NCBI GenBank assembly: GCA_049840735.1
Contig: JASGJN010000023.1
Coordinates: forward strand, 145,472-209,471
DNA from: Anaeromyxobacter sp.
GTDB taxonomy: Bacteria; Myxococcota; Myxococcia; Myxococcales; Anaeromyxobacteraceae
Length of the DNA: 64,000 nucleotides
Reading direction: 5' to 3'
Below are positions 47,607-57,586 of the stretch, piece by piece. Each line of letters opens with the position of its first letter. The first letter of the stretch is position 1. The notes under the pieces are model-generated. The model did not search any database and was not told the DNA's origin. It saw only the letters and a list, made by a program, of their open reading frames with translations. Position numbers and translations under genes: made by a program.

Positions 47607-49219
47607 TGACAGGCGATGTCCGAGGCCCAGGCGAACCAGGCAGTGGGGCATACGGTGACGGGGTCCTCCGCGGTGCGGGTCGTCAGGTCGAACCGGAGCA
47701 CCGCGCCGGACGCCTGGTCGGTGACGTACCCCATGCCGCCGCAGATGGCCAGGGCTCCCGGCGCGATCGCGGACGCATCGACCGGGGTCCCCAGCGCCGG
47801 CTGGGCGGCGCCCAGATCCACGGAGACGATCCGGTTCGGGGCCAGCTCGGGGAAGGACATGGAGGCGCAGGCCACCCAGCCGGTCTGGTCGTCGATGGCC
47901 AGGCTGCCCGGGTTGCGGCAGTCGGTGCCCAGGTCCACCACGCTGACCGCGTCGCCCGCGGCGGAGTCGATCACCGCCAGCTTCCCGTTGCCGGCCGGCT
48001 TGAGGTAGCCGGCGAAGCCGCCGCCCAGGTCGGCGTAGGCCAGGTTGGAGAGCGTGACGTAGACCTTGCTGCCGCGGACCGCCACCGCCTGCGGGAAGGG
48101 GTAGGCCGGCTCCTCGGCGGTGGAGTCGGCGGTGCCGGGCACGCCCAGCAGGTCGATGGTGCCGCTCACCTCGCCGCAGCGCAGCCGGCAGGCGCCCTCG
48201 CGGCAGGTGCGGCCGTCGTCGCAGCTGCTGCCCTCGCCGCAGGCGGGCGGGGCGGCGTCGGCGACGCAGGCCGGCAGGCCGGAGAGGTCCACCTTGGCCA
48301 CCGCCTGCCCGGAGACGGTGGACTGGCCGCTGAAGCCGTTGGGGCCGTCGCCGTAGAGCGCCACGTAGGCGGTGGAGCCGACCACGGCCAGGCCGTGCGG
48401 GTTGGGCGCGCGCGGCGGATCCAGCTCGACGCCGGGCAGGGCGATCTCGTCCAGCACCTGGCCGCGCGCGTCGAGCACCACCAGCGTGCCCTGGCCGGCG
48501 TTGGAGACCAGCACCGCGTTGGCGTAGGTCGTGACCGCCTCGGCGTCGTCGCCGGCGAGCACGGTCAGGTCGGTGGGCAGCCGGTCGTCGAGCGGGATCA
48601 CGCCCAGGCCGGCGGGGTAGCCGTTGCCGGTGTAGAGCATGTCGGCCGACGCGGCCAGCACGGTGGGGCTGCCGCGGGCCAGCCGCGGCTCGCCGGCCGG
48701 GCTGAGGTCGGCGGTGACCGGCCGGACGTCGCCGGTGGCGTAGCAGGCCACCTGGATGTCGGCGGCGCAGGCGCCGTCGCGGCAGGCCTGGCCCACGGCG
48801 CAGGCGTGGCCGCAGGCGCCGCAGTGGAGCCGGTCGCTGGTGGTGTCCACGCAGGCGCCGCTGCAGGCGCTGGTGCCCTCCGGGCAGCTGCCGGTGCAGG
48901 AGGTGGCGTCACCGTCGGTGTAGCAGAGCGCGGCCTCGCCGCCGCAGGCGGTGTCGCAGTCGCCGCAGTGGGCCGGGTCGCGGGCCAGGTCGGTGCAGAC
49001 GCCGTCGCAGGTGGCGACGCCCGGGGCGCAGCCGCAGCTGCCGGCGCTGCACACGCCCAGCGCGCCGCAGCCGTTGCCGCAGGCGCCGCAGTTGTCGGCG
49101 CTGGTGAGGAGCGACACGCAGCGACCGCCGCAGTCCACCTCGCCCTGCGGGCAGGTGAGCTTGTTCTCGCAGCCGGCGGCGACGAGCAGGAGGGCGGGGA
49201 GGAGCAGCTTGAGTCTCAT
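47603..49219 (-). CDS. Cys-rich lipoprotein with probable C-terminal beta-propeller
   Basis: Lipobox VAAGC; three repeats (NCGACG, HCGDCD, HCGACG); YVAL/VYVT/GYVT-type blades. Confidence 0.8.
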   Translation of the reverse strand: MRLKLLLPALLLVAAGCENKLTCPQGEVDCGGRCVSLLTSADNCGACGNGCGALGVCSAGSCGCAPGVATCDGVCTDLARDPAHCGDCDTACGGEAALCYTDGDATSCTGSCPEGTSACSGACVDTTSDRLHCGACGHACAVGQACRDGACAADIQVACYATGDVRPVTADLSPAGEPRLARGSPTVLAASADMLYTGNGYPAGLGVIPLDDRLPTDLTVLAGDDAEAVTTYANAVLVSNAGQGTLVVLDARGQVLDEIALPGVELDPPRAPNPHGLAVVGSTAYVALYGDGPNGFSGQSTVSGQAVAKVDLSGLPACVADAAPPACGEGSSCDDGRTCREGACRLRCGEVSGTIDLLGVPGTADSTAEEPAYPFPQAVAVRGSKVYVTLSNLAYADLGGGFAGYLKPAGNGKLAVIDSAAGDAVSVVDLGTDCRNPGSLAIDDQTGWVACASMSFPELAPNRIVSVDLGAAQPALGTPVDASAIAPGALAICGGMGYVTDQASGAVLRFDLTTRTAEDPVTVCPTAWFAWASDIACQ

Positions 49220-49233
49220 GGGGTGAGGCCTCG

Positions 49234-51273
49234 TCACGGAGCGGGCGCGGGCGGAGGCCCGGCCTGGGTGGAGCCCACGCGGAGCGACAGGAGCGCCGTC
49301 CGCCCGGGGAGGGGATTGCCGAAGCCGTCCTGCAGGGAGCGGTCGTCGGTGAGGTTGTCCACCTGCAGGTGGACGGAGAGGCGGGGCCGGTCGAGCACGC
49401 GCCAGGAGACGCCGGCCCCGAAGGTGGTCTGGTCCGGCACCGGCGCCTCGTTCCGCTCGTCGCGGTACTGGTCGCGCACCCAGCGCCCTTCGGCGTGCGC
49501 CTCGAAGCGGCCGGGCGTGACGGCCGCGCGCAGCAGCAGCGCGTGGCGCGGCCTGCGCGGCAGGGCGTTGCCCACCACGTCGATGGGCCCCTCCAGCACC
49601 TCGCTGTGCAGGAAGGTGTAGGCGGCGGAGAGGGTCAGGTCGGCCAGCCGCCGGACCTCGGCCGAGGCCGCCTCCAGCTCCACGCCGGCCGTGAGCGTCG
49701 CGGCGGTGTTGAACGGCTTCCAGCTGTCGGCGCTGGCCGGCTCGTAGGTGATGGTGTCGTCCTCGCGCAGCGCGAAGGCGCCGGCGGAGAGGAGCCCCAG
49801 CGCGCCGTCGTGCACCAGGGCGGCGTCGGCGCCCAGCCCGGAGGCCGGCCGCAGGTCCGGGTTGGGCTGCAGGCCGCCCTGCTCCAGGTAGAGCTCGGCG
49901 AAGCTGGGCACGCGGAAGGTGCGGCTGGCGCTGGCGCGCAGGGTCAGGTCCAGGGGCAGCTGCAGCGCGGCCCCCAGCGTGGCCGACCAGCCGGCGTACG
50001 GGCCGGTCCGCTCGAAGCGCAGGGCCGGCGCGAGCCGGAGCGGCCGCGCCACCCGCCAGTCCTCGGAGAGCGAGGCGGCGAAGGTGCCGCGCGAGCGGGT
50101 GCCGCCCAGCGAGGTGCCGCGGTAGCCTTCGCCCTCTCCGGAGGCGATCAAGGCCAGCGTGCCGCCGGCGTGGACCAGGTCGCCCTCCAGCTGCAGCCCG
50201 GCCGCCCCGCCGCGCTGCTCGGTGGGGTCCTCGGAGCCGTGCTGCACGTCGAGCAGGTCGGCGCGCGCGTGGAGCCGGCCCGAGAGCGTCAGCGCGTCGG
50301 CGGGGCTCCCGGAGAGGCGCACCATCCCCAGCAGCCGGCCGTCGTCCTGCCAGGCCTGCGGGGTCGGGTGGGTCACCGTCCCGGCCAGCTCGCGGTGGCC
50401 GCCCGAGGCCTGCAGCAGCGTGTCGAGCCGCAGCGGGCCGGCCGGGCCGCCCAGCTTGAGGAGCACGCCGCCGCGGAGGGCGCCGTTGTTCTGGCGGGTC
50501 CGCTCCTGGTGGACGTCGCCGACGTCGTAGGCGTAGGGGAACTCGCCGCTGGTCCCCTCCGCGGTGGCGCTGGCCAGCGCCGCGTAGCCGCCCAGCCGGG
50601 TGGAGCCGTCCACCGAGGCGGACCAGGTGGCCATGGTGCCGCCGGCCAGCTCGGCCGCGATGGCGTCGCCGGCCGGCGGCCGCGTCACCACGTTGACCGC
50701 GCCGCCCACCGCGCCGGCCCCGAAGGCGGCGCCGGCCGGGCCGCGGACCACCTCCAGCCGCGAGATCCAGCCGCGCGGGATGGTGGAGAGGTCCACCGTG
50801 CCGCCCACGCCGCCCAGCGGCAGGCCGTCCACCAGCACCTTCACGCTGTCCGCCGAGACGCCGCGGATGGCCACCGTGGAGGCCTGCCCGCGGGTGCCGA
50901 AGCGCTGCACCTCCACGCCGGGGGCGTGGACCAGCAGCGATCCCACGTCGCGCAGCTCGCCCTGGAACGTGTCGGCCTCGACCACGGTGGTGGCGGAGGC
51001 GGGGGCCTCGGCCACCTCGCCCCGCGGCGTGCGCACCACCGCCTCGTCCATCGTGAAGGAGGGGGCGTCGGGGGCGGGCTGCTCGGGCGCCGGATGGGCT
51101 GGCGCCGGCGCGCCCGCAGGCTGCGCAGGGGCCTGGGCGGGAGGCTGGGTGGGCGCAGCGCCGGCCTCCTGCGCGAGGGCAGGTCCGCCGGGCAGCAGCA
51201 GCGACGCGAGGGCCCAGGCGCGGACGGCGCGCGGGCGCCCGCTCGGGAGGAGCGTGGCGAAGCACGAGGCCAA
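49234..51273 (-). CDS. btuB: TonB-dependent receptor (BtuB-like)
   Basis: Plug IRG...VLVDG, LEVVRGP..A.FG.GAVGGAVN; FRVPSFAELY, NPDLRP, VDNLTD, PLPGR; downstream of cobalamin riboswitch; TTG start inferred from RBS. Confidence 0.82.
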   Translation of the reverse strand: MASCFATLLPSGRPRAVRAWALASLLLPGGPALAQEAGAAPTQPPAQAPAQPAGAPAPAHPAPEQPAPDAPSFTMDEAVVRTPRGEVAEAPASATTVVEADTFQGELRDVGSLLVHAPGVEVQRFGTRGQASTVAIRGVSADSVKVLVDGLPLGGVGGTVDLSTIPRGWISRLEVVRGPAGAAFGAGAVGGAVNVVTRPPAGDAIAAELAGGTMATWSASVDGSTRLGGYAALASATAEGTSGEFPYAYDVGDVHQERTRQNNGALRGGVLLKLGGPAGPLRLDTLLQASGGHRELAGTVTHPTPQAWQDDGRLLGMVRLSGSPADALTLSGRLHARADLLDVQHGSEDPTEQRGGAAGLQLEGDLVHAGGTLALIASGEGEGYRGTSLGGTRSRGTFAASLSEDWRVARPLRLAPALRFERTGPYAGWSATLGAALQLPLDLTLRASASRTFRVPSFAELYLEQGGLQPNPDLRPASGLGADAALVHDGALGLLSAGAFALREDDTITYEPASADSWKPFNTAATLTAGVELEAASAEVRRLADLTLSAAYTFLHSEVLEGPIDVVGNALPRRPRHALLLRAAVTPGRFEAHAEGRWVRDQYRDERNEAPVPDQTTFGAGVSWRVLDRPRLSVHLQVDNLTDDRSLQDGFGNPLPGRTALLSLRVGSTQAGPPPAPAP

Positions 51274-51361
51274 GTCTCCGGGTCTCCTTCGGACCCGAGA
51301 ACTCCGTGCCGCGAACCATTCGCGGCGTGTCGCTGGCCGCCGGCAGACGCTGCCGGGCTGG

Positions 51362-51546
51362 GAGGGAGGTCTCCTGGCTTCCGGGGCCGCGGGCTGCTTC
51401 GCTCCGCTCGCCGCCCTCCACCTTCCCGCCGCGTTGCTCCGCGGCAGTGGTGACATCGCTGAGGGCGACTTCATCCCCGGCTACAGTGGCGGGACCGCGC
51501 CGGATTTGGACCGGCTTCCCTGTTCCTCCTGGCCGAACGACGAGGC
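51362..51546 (-). ncRNA. Cobalamin (AdoCbl) riboswitch
   Basis: Minus strand AGGGAAGCCGGTCCAAATCCGGCGCGGTCCCGCCACTGT...GGGAAGG...AAGCCAGGAGACCT (B12 box). Confidence 0.93.
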
Positions 51547-51547
51547 T

Positions 51548-51577
51548 CAACTAGCGTCCCCGCCGAGGAGGTGTCAA
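51548..51577 (-). promoter_or_regulatory. sigma70-type promoter of btu operon
   Basis: TTGACA-N18-TAGTTG immediately upstream of riboswitch. Confidence 0.55.
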
Positions 51578-51696
51578 GGCGCGTCGGAGCGCGCCCCGGC
51601 CGCGGGGCCGAAAAGGGCCGTGCCCGCCCAAGCTTGCGTTCGCCCAGGCCGGGGGCCGCCCCCCGCCCGTGGGCCACGGGCGGGAGGCAGCCGCGG

Positions 51697-52020
51697 TCAG
51701 CGCGAGGCCTGCGCCGACGCCGGAGCGCTGGCGGGCGGACTGGCCACCACCACGCTGGCCCGCACCTTGTTGAGCCAGGACGGGCCGATCCCCTTCACCA
51801 CCAGCACGTCCTCGACCTTCTTGAACGGCGCCTTGGAGCGCGCCGCCACGATGGCCTGGGCCCGCTTCTCGCCCACCCCGGGCAGGCGCATGAGCTCGGT
51901 CACGCCCGCCCGGTTCAGGTCGATCCGCTCGCCGGCCCCGAGCGGCTTCTTGGCCGCCAGCGCCGGCGTGGTGGCGAGCAGCAGCCCGGCCAGGACCAGC
52001 CACCGGATCGCGCGCCTCAC
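51697..52020 (-). CDS. comEA: ComEA-family helix-hairpin-helix DNA-binding protein
   Basis: Signal peptide, IDLNRA...L..LPGVGEKRAQAIV..R...F..VEDV..VKGIG. Confidence 0.88.
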   Translation of the reverse strand: MRRAIRWLVLAGLLLATTPALAAKKPLGAGERIDLNRAGVTELMRLPGVGEKRAQAIVAARSKAPFKKVEDVLVVKGIGPSWLNKVRASVVVASPPASAPASAQASR

Positions 52021-52286
52021 GGCCGCACCTCCAGCGTCTCCAGCTCCCGGCGGAGCGGGCCGTTGCCGTTCGCCCGCCCCTCGGTGCCCAGCGGCCGCTC
52101 GCGCTCCTCCCGCACCTGCAGCTTGTTGGTGCCGATGGGCAGCGCGTCCAGCAGCAGCGTGGTGCTGCCGTCGCGGTTCGGGAACGCCACCCCGATCTTG
52201 GGCCAGAACTTCTTCTCGCCGTCCTTGCTCTCGGGGATGGCGAACACCGCCAGCCGGCGGCCGCCCCCTCCGCTCATCTCGCTCAT
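52017..52286 (-). CDS. Small conserved-looking hypothetical protein
   Basis: KKFWPKIGVAFPNRDGSTTLLLDALP; AGGAGAG RBS; GTGA coupling to comEA. Confidence 0.75.
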   Translation of the reverse strand: MSEMSGGGGRRLAVFAIPESKDGEKKFWPKIGVAFPNRDGSTTLLLDALPIGTNKLQVREERERPLGTEGRANGNGPLRRELETLEVRP

Positions 52287-52331
52287 GGTCTCTCTCCTGG
52301 CGCCGCGACGCGCGGCGACCGCCCGGGAGAG

Positions 52332-52347
52332 AGCACGCCGCGTGCCG
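52332..52347 (-). promoter_or_regulatory. Putative sigma54 promoter
   Basis: Minus strand CGGCACGCGGCGTGCT, GG-N10-GC, 45 bp upstream of ATG 52286. Confidence 0.6.
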
Positions 52348-52448
52348 CCGCCAAGCGCGCGGGATCACGAGGGGTGGCGGCGAGGCGTGGTCCGCGCGGC
52401 GGCCGCACGGTCCGCCGCGCGGACCAGCGGCCCAGGGTGGCGCGCGGA

Positions 52449-53274
52449 TCATCCGTGGAGCGCGAGCGCGTCCAGCTCTCCCCGCAGCCAGCGGGCAGTC
52501 TCCAGGAAGGAGGGGCCGTCGTGGATCAGGTTCCGGCCGCGGTCCACCGTGGAGAGGACCGTGCGCGGGGCGAAGGCGCGATCCCAGCCGCGCTCCCGGA
52601 GCAGCGCCGCGGGATCGACCGGGAACTCCGGCTCCTGGAACACCACCACCACCTCCGGACGAGCCCGCGCGGTGGCCTCCAGAATCGAGCGGGAGGTAGC
52701 CCTCCGGGTCGGCCGCGCCCAGGGGCGCGCCGCCGGCCAGCTCCAGCAGGTCGTGCACGAAGCTGCGCCCGCCGGGCCGGCGCGGGTGGCGCCCGAACCA
52801 GAGCTCGGCGTAGAGGCGCGGCCGGCGCGGCGGCGCCGAGGCCAGGAGCGCGGCGCAGCCGGCCTCGAGGCGGCCGCAGAGGGCCCGCGCGGCCTCGAGC
52901 CGCCCGGTGAGCGCGCCCAGCGCGACCAGGTTCTCGAGGATGCCGAAGCGGCTCTGCGGCACCGGCAGCAGGTAGGCGGGCAGCCCGGCCTCGGCGAGCC
53001 GCCGGGCCAGCGGGAGCTGCACACCATCGGTGACGACCACCAGGTCCGGCCGGGCCGCGCGGATGACGTCCGGGTCGGCCTGGACGTAGTCGCCCACCAC
53101 GGGCGCGGAGAGCCCCTCCACGTAGCGGGCGCAGTAGGGCGAGACGCCCACCACCGCCTCGCCCGCGCCGAAGGCGAAGAGCGCCTCGGTGGCGGACGAG
53201 ACCAGGCTCACCACCCGCCGCGCCGGCCCGGCCAGCTCCAGCGTCGTGCCGAGGACGGGGCAGCGGACGCGCAT
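52449..53274 (-). CDS. Helical-backbone metal/cobalamin-binding protein, no evident signal peptide (frameshift at about 52683)
   Basis: RRVVSLVSSATEALF, VVGVSPYC, RPDLV, HDGPSF. Confidence 0.8.
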
Positions 53275-53588
53275 CAGTTGGCCACGCCGCCGGTGGGGAA
53301 GTGCGGCGCGTCCCCCAGGTCCACCTCGCCGAAGCGCGCCTCGTAGCGCTCCAGGTTCTCCTCGATGGCGTGGAGCAGCCGCTTCATGTGCTTGGGCGTG
53401 GTGATCACGCGCGCGCGCACCGTGGCCTTGGGCGCCTGCGGCTGCACGTAGATCAGGTCGAGCGTGAACTCGGTGTCGGTGTGGTTCACCATCGCCATGT
53501 TGACGAAGGCCCCCTGCGCGGTGGCGGGGTCGAGCTCGATCTGCAGCTGGATCGGGTGTGGCGGCTGGCCGCCGGGCTTGTCGGACAT
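53274..53588 (-). CDS. DUF3467-like protein
   Basis: AQGAFVNMAMVNHTDTEFTLD, RARVITTPKHMKRLL..IEEN..YE.RFGE. Confidence 0.8.
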   Translation of the reverse strand: MSDKPGGQPPHPIQLQIELDPATAQGAFVNMAMVNHTDTEFTLDLIYVQPQAPKATVRARVITTPKHMKRLLHAIEENLERYEARFGEVDLGDAPHFPTGGVAN

Positions 53589-53691
53589 GCCCTGCCAATA
53601 GCACCGTTCGTCGGGATCGCCTACGGATCCCCGCGCAGGGAGGCGCCGGGTGAGGGTGGCCTCCCTAAGCTGCGCGCTGGGGTTCCGTCCG

Positions 53692-55068
53692 ATGCCGCCC
53701 GATCGTCCCGTCGAGGAGGAGCGCCGCGTGAGCGGCGAGGGCAGCGGCGCTGCGGAGCGCATGCGCCGGGCCGCGCTCGCCGGCGACGCGCGGACGGCCG
53801 ATCGGATCGAGCGGCTGCACGCGGTGGCCGCGGCGTTGCAGGCGGCGGTCTCCCCGCGCGACGTGGCCGGCGTGCTTGCGGCGCGCGGTGCCTGCCTGCC
53901 CGGCGTGGCCAGCTGCGCGGTGGCGCTGGCGGAGCACGCGCGCGAGTGGCCGCGGGTGACGGCGCTGCGGGGCGCGGCGGCCGCGCCGGGCGGCGTGGTG
54001 GTGGGCGAGCCGGTGGAGGCGCCGGCGCTGCTGCAGGCGCTGCGCGAGCGCCGGCTGCGCTACCTCTCCGCCGCCGACGGCTGGGACGCGCTCCAGGCGG
54101 AGGCGGCCGCCTGGGGCTTCTCGGAGGGGGCCACGCGCGGCCTGGTGGAGCTGCCGCTGGTGGCGGGGGACCAGGTGCTGGGCGCGCTGGCGCTGGCCTT
54201 CGTCGCGCCCGAGCGGATGGACGAGCCCACCCGGACCTTCCTCGACGCCTTCGCCGATCAGGGGGCCATCGCGCTGGAGCGGGCCTCGCTCTACGAGGCC
54301 GAGCGCGCCGCGCGGCTGGAGGCGCAGCACGCGGCCGAGGTCGCACGCAGGGCCATCGAGCTCCAGGAGCGGCTGGTGGCGGTGGTGGGGCACGATCTGC
54401 GCACGCCGCTCTCCGCCATCCGGCTGGCCACGGGCCTGCTCCTGCAGCGGGGTGGCCTCACCCCTTCGCAGGCGAGGGTGCTGGAGCGGCTGGGGGTGAG
54501 CGCTGCGCGGATGACCGCCATCATCCGGGATCTGCTCGACTTCACCCGGCTGCGGAACGAGGGCGGCATCCCGGTGGCCCGGCAGGTCACCGACCTGGCC
54601 GAGCTGGCCCGGCGAGCGGTGCTGGAGCTGGCCGCGGTCCACGCCGATCGTGAGATCGCCCTGCTGAGCGACGGGCCGGCGCTGGTCCACGGGGATCCGG
54701 AGCGGCTCACCCAGGTGCTCTCGAACCTGGTGGGGAACGCGCTGCAATATGGCCCGCGCGGGACGCCGGTGGAGGTGCGGGTGTCAGGCGCGGAGCGGTC
54801 GGTCTGGCTGGAGGTGCACAACCTGGGCCCGGCCATCCCGCCCGACGCGCTGCCGGACATCTTCGAGCCGTTCCGTCGGGGGGTGCAGGGGGCCGACCCC
54901 AGCGGCAGCCTGGGGCTGGGGCTCTTCATCGTCCGCGAGCTGGTGCACGCACACGCCGGCGAGGTGGAGGTGACCTCGTCCCCCGGGGCCGGGACGACGT
55001 TCACGGTCCGTCTTCCCCGGCCACGCCCCCCCGCGGTCCCGACGGGGCAGCCGGCTACTCAGGGTTGA
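53692..55068 (+). CDS. GAF-domain sensor histidine kinase
   Basis: LPL...VLGALAL GAF, GHDLRTPL, NLVGNALQY, HNLGP, LGLGLFIV. Confidence 0.88.
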   Translation: MPPDRPVEEERRVSGEGSGAAERMRRAALAGDARTADRIERLHAVAAALQAAVSPRDVAGVLAARGACLPGVASCAVALAEHAREWPRVTALRGAAAAPGGVVVGEPVEAPALLQALRERRLRYLSAADGWDALQAEAAAWGFSEGATRGLVELPLVAGDQVLGALALAFVAPERMDEPTRTFLDAFADQGAIALERASLYEAERAARLEAQHAAEVARRAIELQERLVAVVGHDLRTPLSAIRLATGLLLQRGGLTPSQARVLERLGVSAARMTAIIRDLLDFTRLRNEGGIPVARQVTDLAELARRAVLELAAVHADREIALLSDGPALVHGDPERLTQVLSNLVGNALQYGPRGTPVEVRVSGAERSVWLEVHNLGPAIPPDALPDIFEPFRRGVQGADPSGSLGLGLFIVRELVHAHAGEVEVTSSPGAGTTFTVRLPRPRPPAVPTGQPATQG

Positions 55069-55099
55069 TTCGCTTCCCGGAGAGGGGTAACCGATTCGC

Positions 55100-56035
55100 G
55101 TGCCCGCGCGCCAGCCACCCCCTGGCCGGCCGGCCTCGAAGGCCGGGAAGCGCCGCGCCCCCCCGGGCGTGGCGCACGGCGGCGAGGTCGACCTGCCCGG
55201 CGGTCCCGACGCGGTGCTGCTCCTCCACGGCCTGACCGGCTCCACCTTCGAGCTGTACCCGCTCGTCGAGCGGTTCGCCGCGGCCGGGTACCGGGTGCTC
55301 GCGCCGGTGATGGCCGGCCACGGCGGCCCGCCGGCGGACCTGCTGGGCCTGCGGTGGACGGAGTGGGTGGCGAAGGCGGAGCGCGATCTGGCCAGGCTGG
55401 AGGGCGCCCGCCGGACCTTCGTGGTGGGCAGCTCGATGGGCGCGCTGGTGGCCTGCGCCCTGGCCCACGATCACCCGGCCCGCGTGGACGGGCTGGTGCT
55501 CCAGGCTCCCGCGCTGGAGCTGGCCTGGCCGGGGCGGCTGGCCGCCTGGCTGGGGCGGCTGGCGCCGCTGCGCGGGGTGGTGGTCCCCAAGGCCTCCGGC
55601 GCGGACGTGCGCGACCCGGAGATGCGCCAGCGCAACCCGTGCCTGCCCGGCGTCCCGCTCACGGCGGTGGCGCAGCTGGCGGAGCTGGCGGCCCACGTGG
55701 ACCGGCAGCTGCCTGGCATCGCCGCCCCCGCCCTGGTGCTGGCGGGCGGTCGCGATCACACCGTCACCCTGGCCGGCGCCCGGCGCCTGGCCCGGCGCAT
55801 CGGGAGCGGCCCGGCCGAGCTGCGCGTGCTGGGCGAGAGCTTCCACCTGGTCGGCATCGACGTGGAGCGGGCGCGCTGCGTCGAGGACACCTTCACCTTC
55901 CTGGAGGGGCTGCCGGTCCCCGGCCGCCGCCCGGCCCCGGCTCGCCGGGCCGCCCGCCTCCCCGCGCCTCCGGGCCGCCGCCCCCGCCCCCAAAGCCGCA
56001 CCAAGTCCCGCAGTGCATCCCGACGACGGAGGTAG
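55100..56035 (+). CDS. Alpha/beta hydrolase (carboxylesterase/monoacylglycerol lipase-like)
   Basis: LLLHGLTGS, GSSMG nucleophile, GRDHTV, SFHLV; start uncertain. Confidence 0.85.
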   Translation: MPARQPPPGRPASKAGKRRAPPGVAHGGEVDLPGGPDAVLLLHGLTGSTFELYPLVERFAAAGYRVLAPVMAGHGGPPADLLGLRWTEWVAKAERDLARLEGARRTFVVGSSMGALVACALAHDHPARVDGLVLQAPALELAWPGRLAAWLGRLAPLRGVVVPKASGADVRDPEMRQRNPCLPGVPLTAVAQLAELAAHVDRQLPGIAAPALVLAGGRDHTVTLAGARRLARRIGSGPAELRVLGESFHLVGIDVERARCVEDTFTFLEGLPVPGRRPAPARRAARLPAPPGRRPRPQSRTKSRSASRRRR

Positions 56036-56041
56036 ACCGCC

Positions 56042-57521
56042 GTGGCCTCGCACGTGCTCGCCATCGATCAGGGGACCACCGGCACCACCGTGCTGGTCGT
56101 CGACAAGCGCCTCGCCGTCCGCGCCAAGGTGAACCAGGAGTTCCGGCAGAGCTTCCCGCGGCCGGGCTGGGTCGAGCACGATCTGGACGACATCTGGAAC
56201 TCGACCATGGCCACGCTGCAGCGGGCGCTGCGGCAGGCCGGGATCAAGGGGCGGGACATCGCCGCCATCGGCATCACGAACCAGCGCGAGACCGTCGGCG
56301 CCTGGGACCGGCGCACCTCGCGCCCGCTCCACCGCGCCATCGTCTGGCAGGACCGGCGCACCACCGAGGCCTGCGCGCGGTTCAAGGCGGACGGGCACGA
56401 GGCGCGGGTGCGCGAGAAGACCGGGCTGGTGCTGGACCCGTACTTCTCGGCCACCAAGATGGCCTGGCTGCTGGAGAACGTGAAGGGGCTGCGCGAGAAG
56501 GCCGACGCCGGCGCGGCGGTCTTCGGCACGGTGGACACCTGGCTGGCCTGGAAGCTGACCGGCGGGGCGGCGCACGTCACCGACGTCTCCAACGCCAGCC
56601 GCACGCTGCTCATGGACCTGCGCACGCGCCAGTGGGATCCGGAGCTGCTGGCGCTCTTCGGCGTGCCGCGCTCGGCGCTGCCGGAGATCCGCGCGTCCTC
56701 CGAGGTCTACGGCGCCACCCGCGACATCAAGGGGCTGCCGGACGACATCCCGGTGTGTGGCATCGCCGGCGACCAGCAGGCGGCGCTCTTCGGCCAGGCC
56801 TGCTTCCAGCCGGGCGAGGCCAAGTGCACCTACGGCACCGGCGCCTTCCTGCTCCAGAACGTGGGCGCGGAGCCGGTGGCCTCCTCGCGCGGGCTGCTCA
56901 CCACGGTGGCCTGGACCGTGGGCAACGAGACCTCCTACGCGCTGGAGGGGGCGTCGTTCATCGCCGGCGCGGCGGTGCAGTGGCTGCGCGACGGGCTCAA
57001 GCTCATCAAGAGCGCCGCCGACGTGGAGGCGCTGGCCAGGGAGGTGAAGTCCTCCGGGGACGTGGTGGTGGTGCCGGCGCTGGCCGGGCTGGGCGCGCCC
57101 CACTGGCGGCCGGAGGCGCGCGGGCTGATCCGCGGGCTGGACCGCGGCACCACCGCGGCCCACCTGGCGCGCGCCACGCTGGAGGGGATCGCCTTCCTGA
57201 TCTTCGACCTGGCCGAGGCCATGCGCGCCGAGGCCAACCAGGCCTTCCCGGCCTTCAAGGTGGACGGCGGCGCCTCGCAGAACGACCTCCTGATGCAGTT
57301 CCAGGCCGACCTGCTGGGCGTGCCGGTGGTGCGCCCGCGGATGGTCGAGACCACCGCCTTCGGCGCCGCCTTCCTGGCCGGGCTGGCGGCCGGCGTCTGG
57401 AAGGACCGCGAGGAGAATCCGCAAGGCGTGGAAGGTGGGGAAGCAGTTCGAGCCGCGCATGAAGCCGACCGAGCGCGAGGCCTTCCTGGCCAAGTGGCGG
57501 CGGGCCATCCAGGCGGCCTGA
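56042..57521 (+). CDS. glpK: Glycerol kinase (frameshift at about 57416)
   Basis: [49 protein letters not shown]; corrected end ...KWRRAIQAA* at 57521. Confidence 0.93.
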
Positions 57522-57586
57522 GCCACGGGCCGGCGCTGCGGCGAAGCGGGCGTTGCGGGGAGGCGGAGCGGCCGTATATCCGGTGG

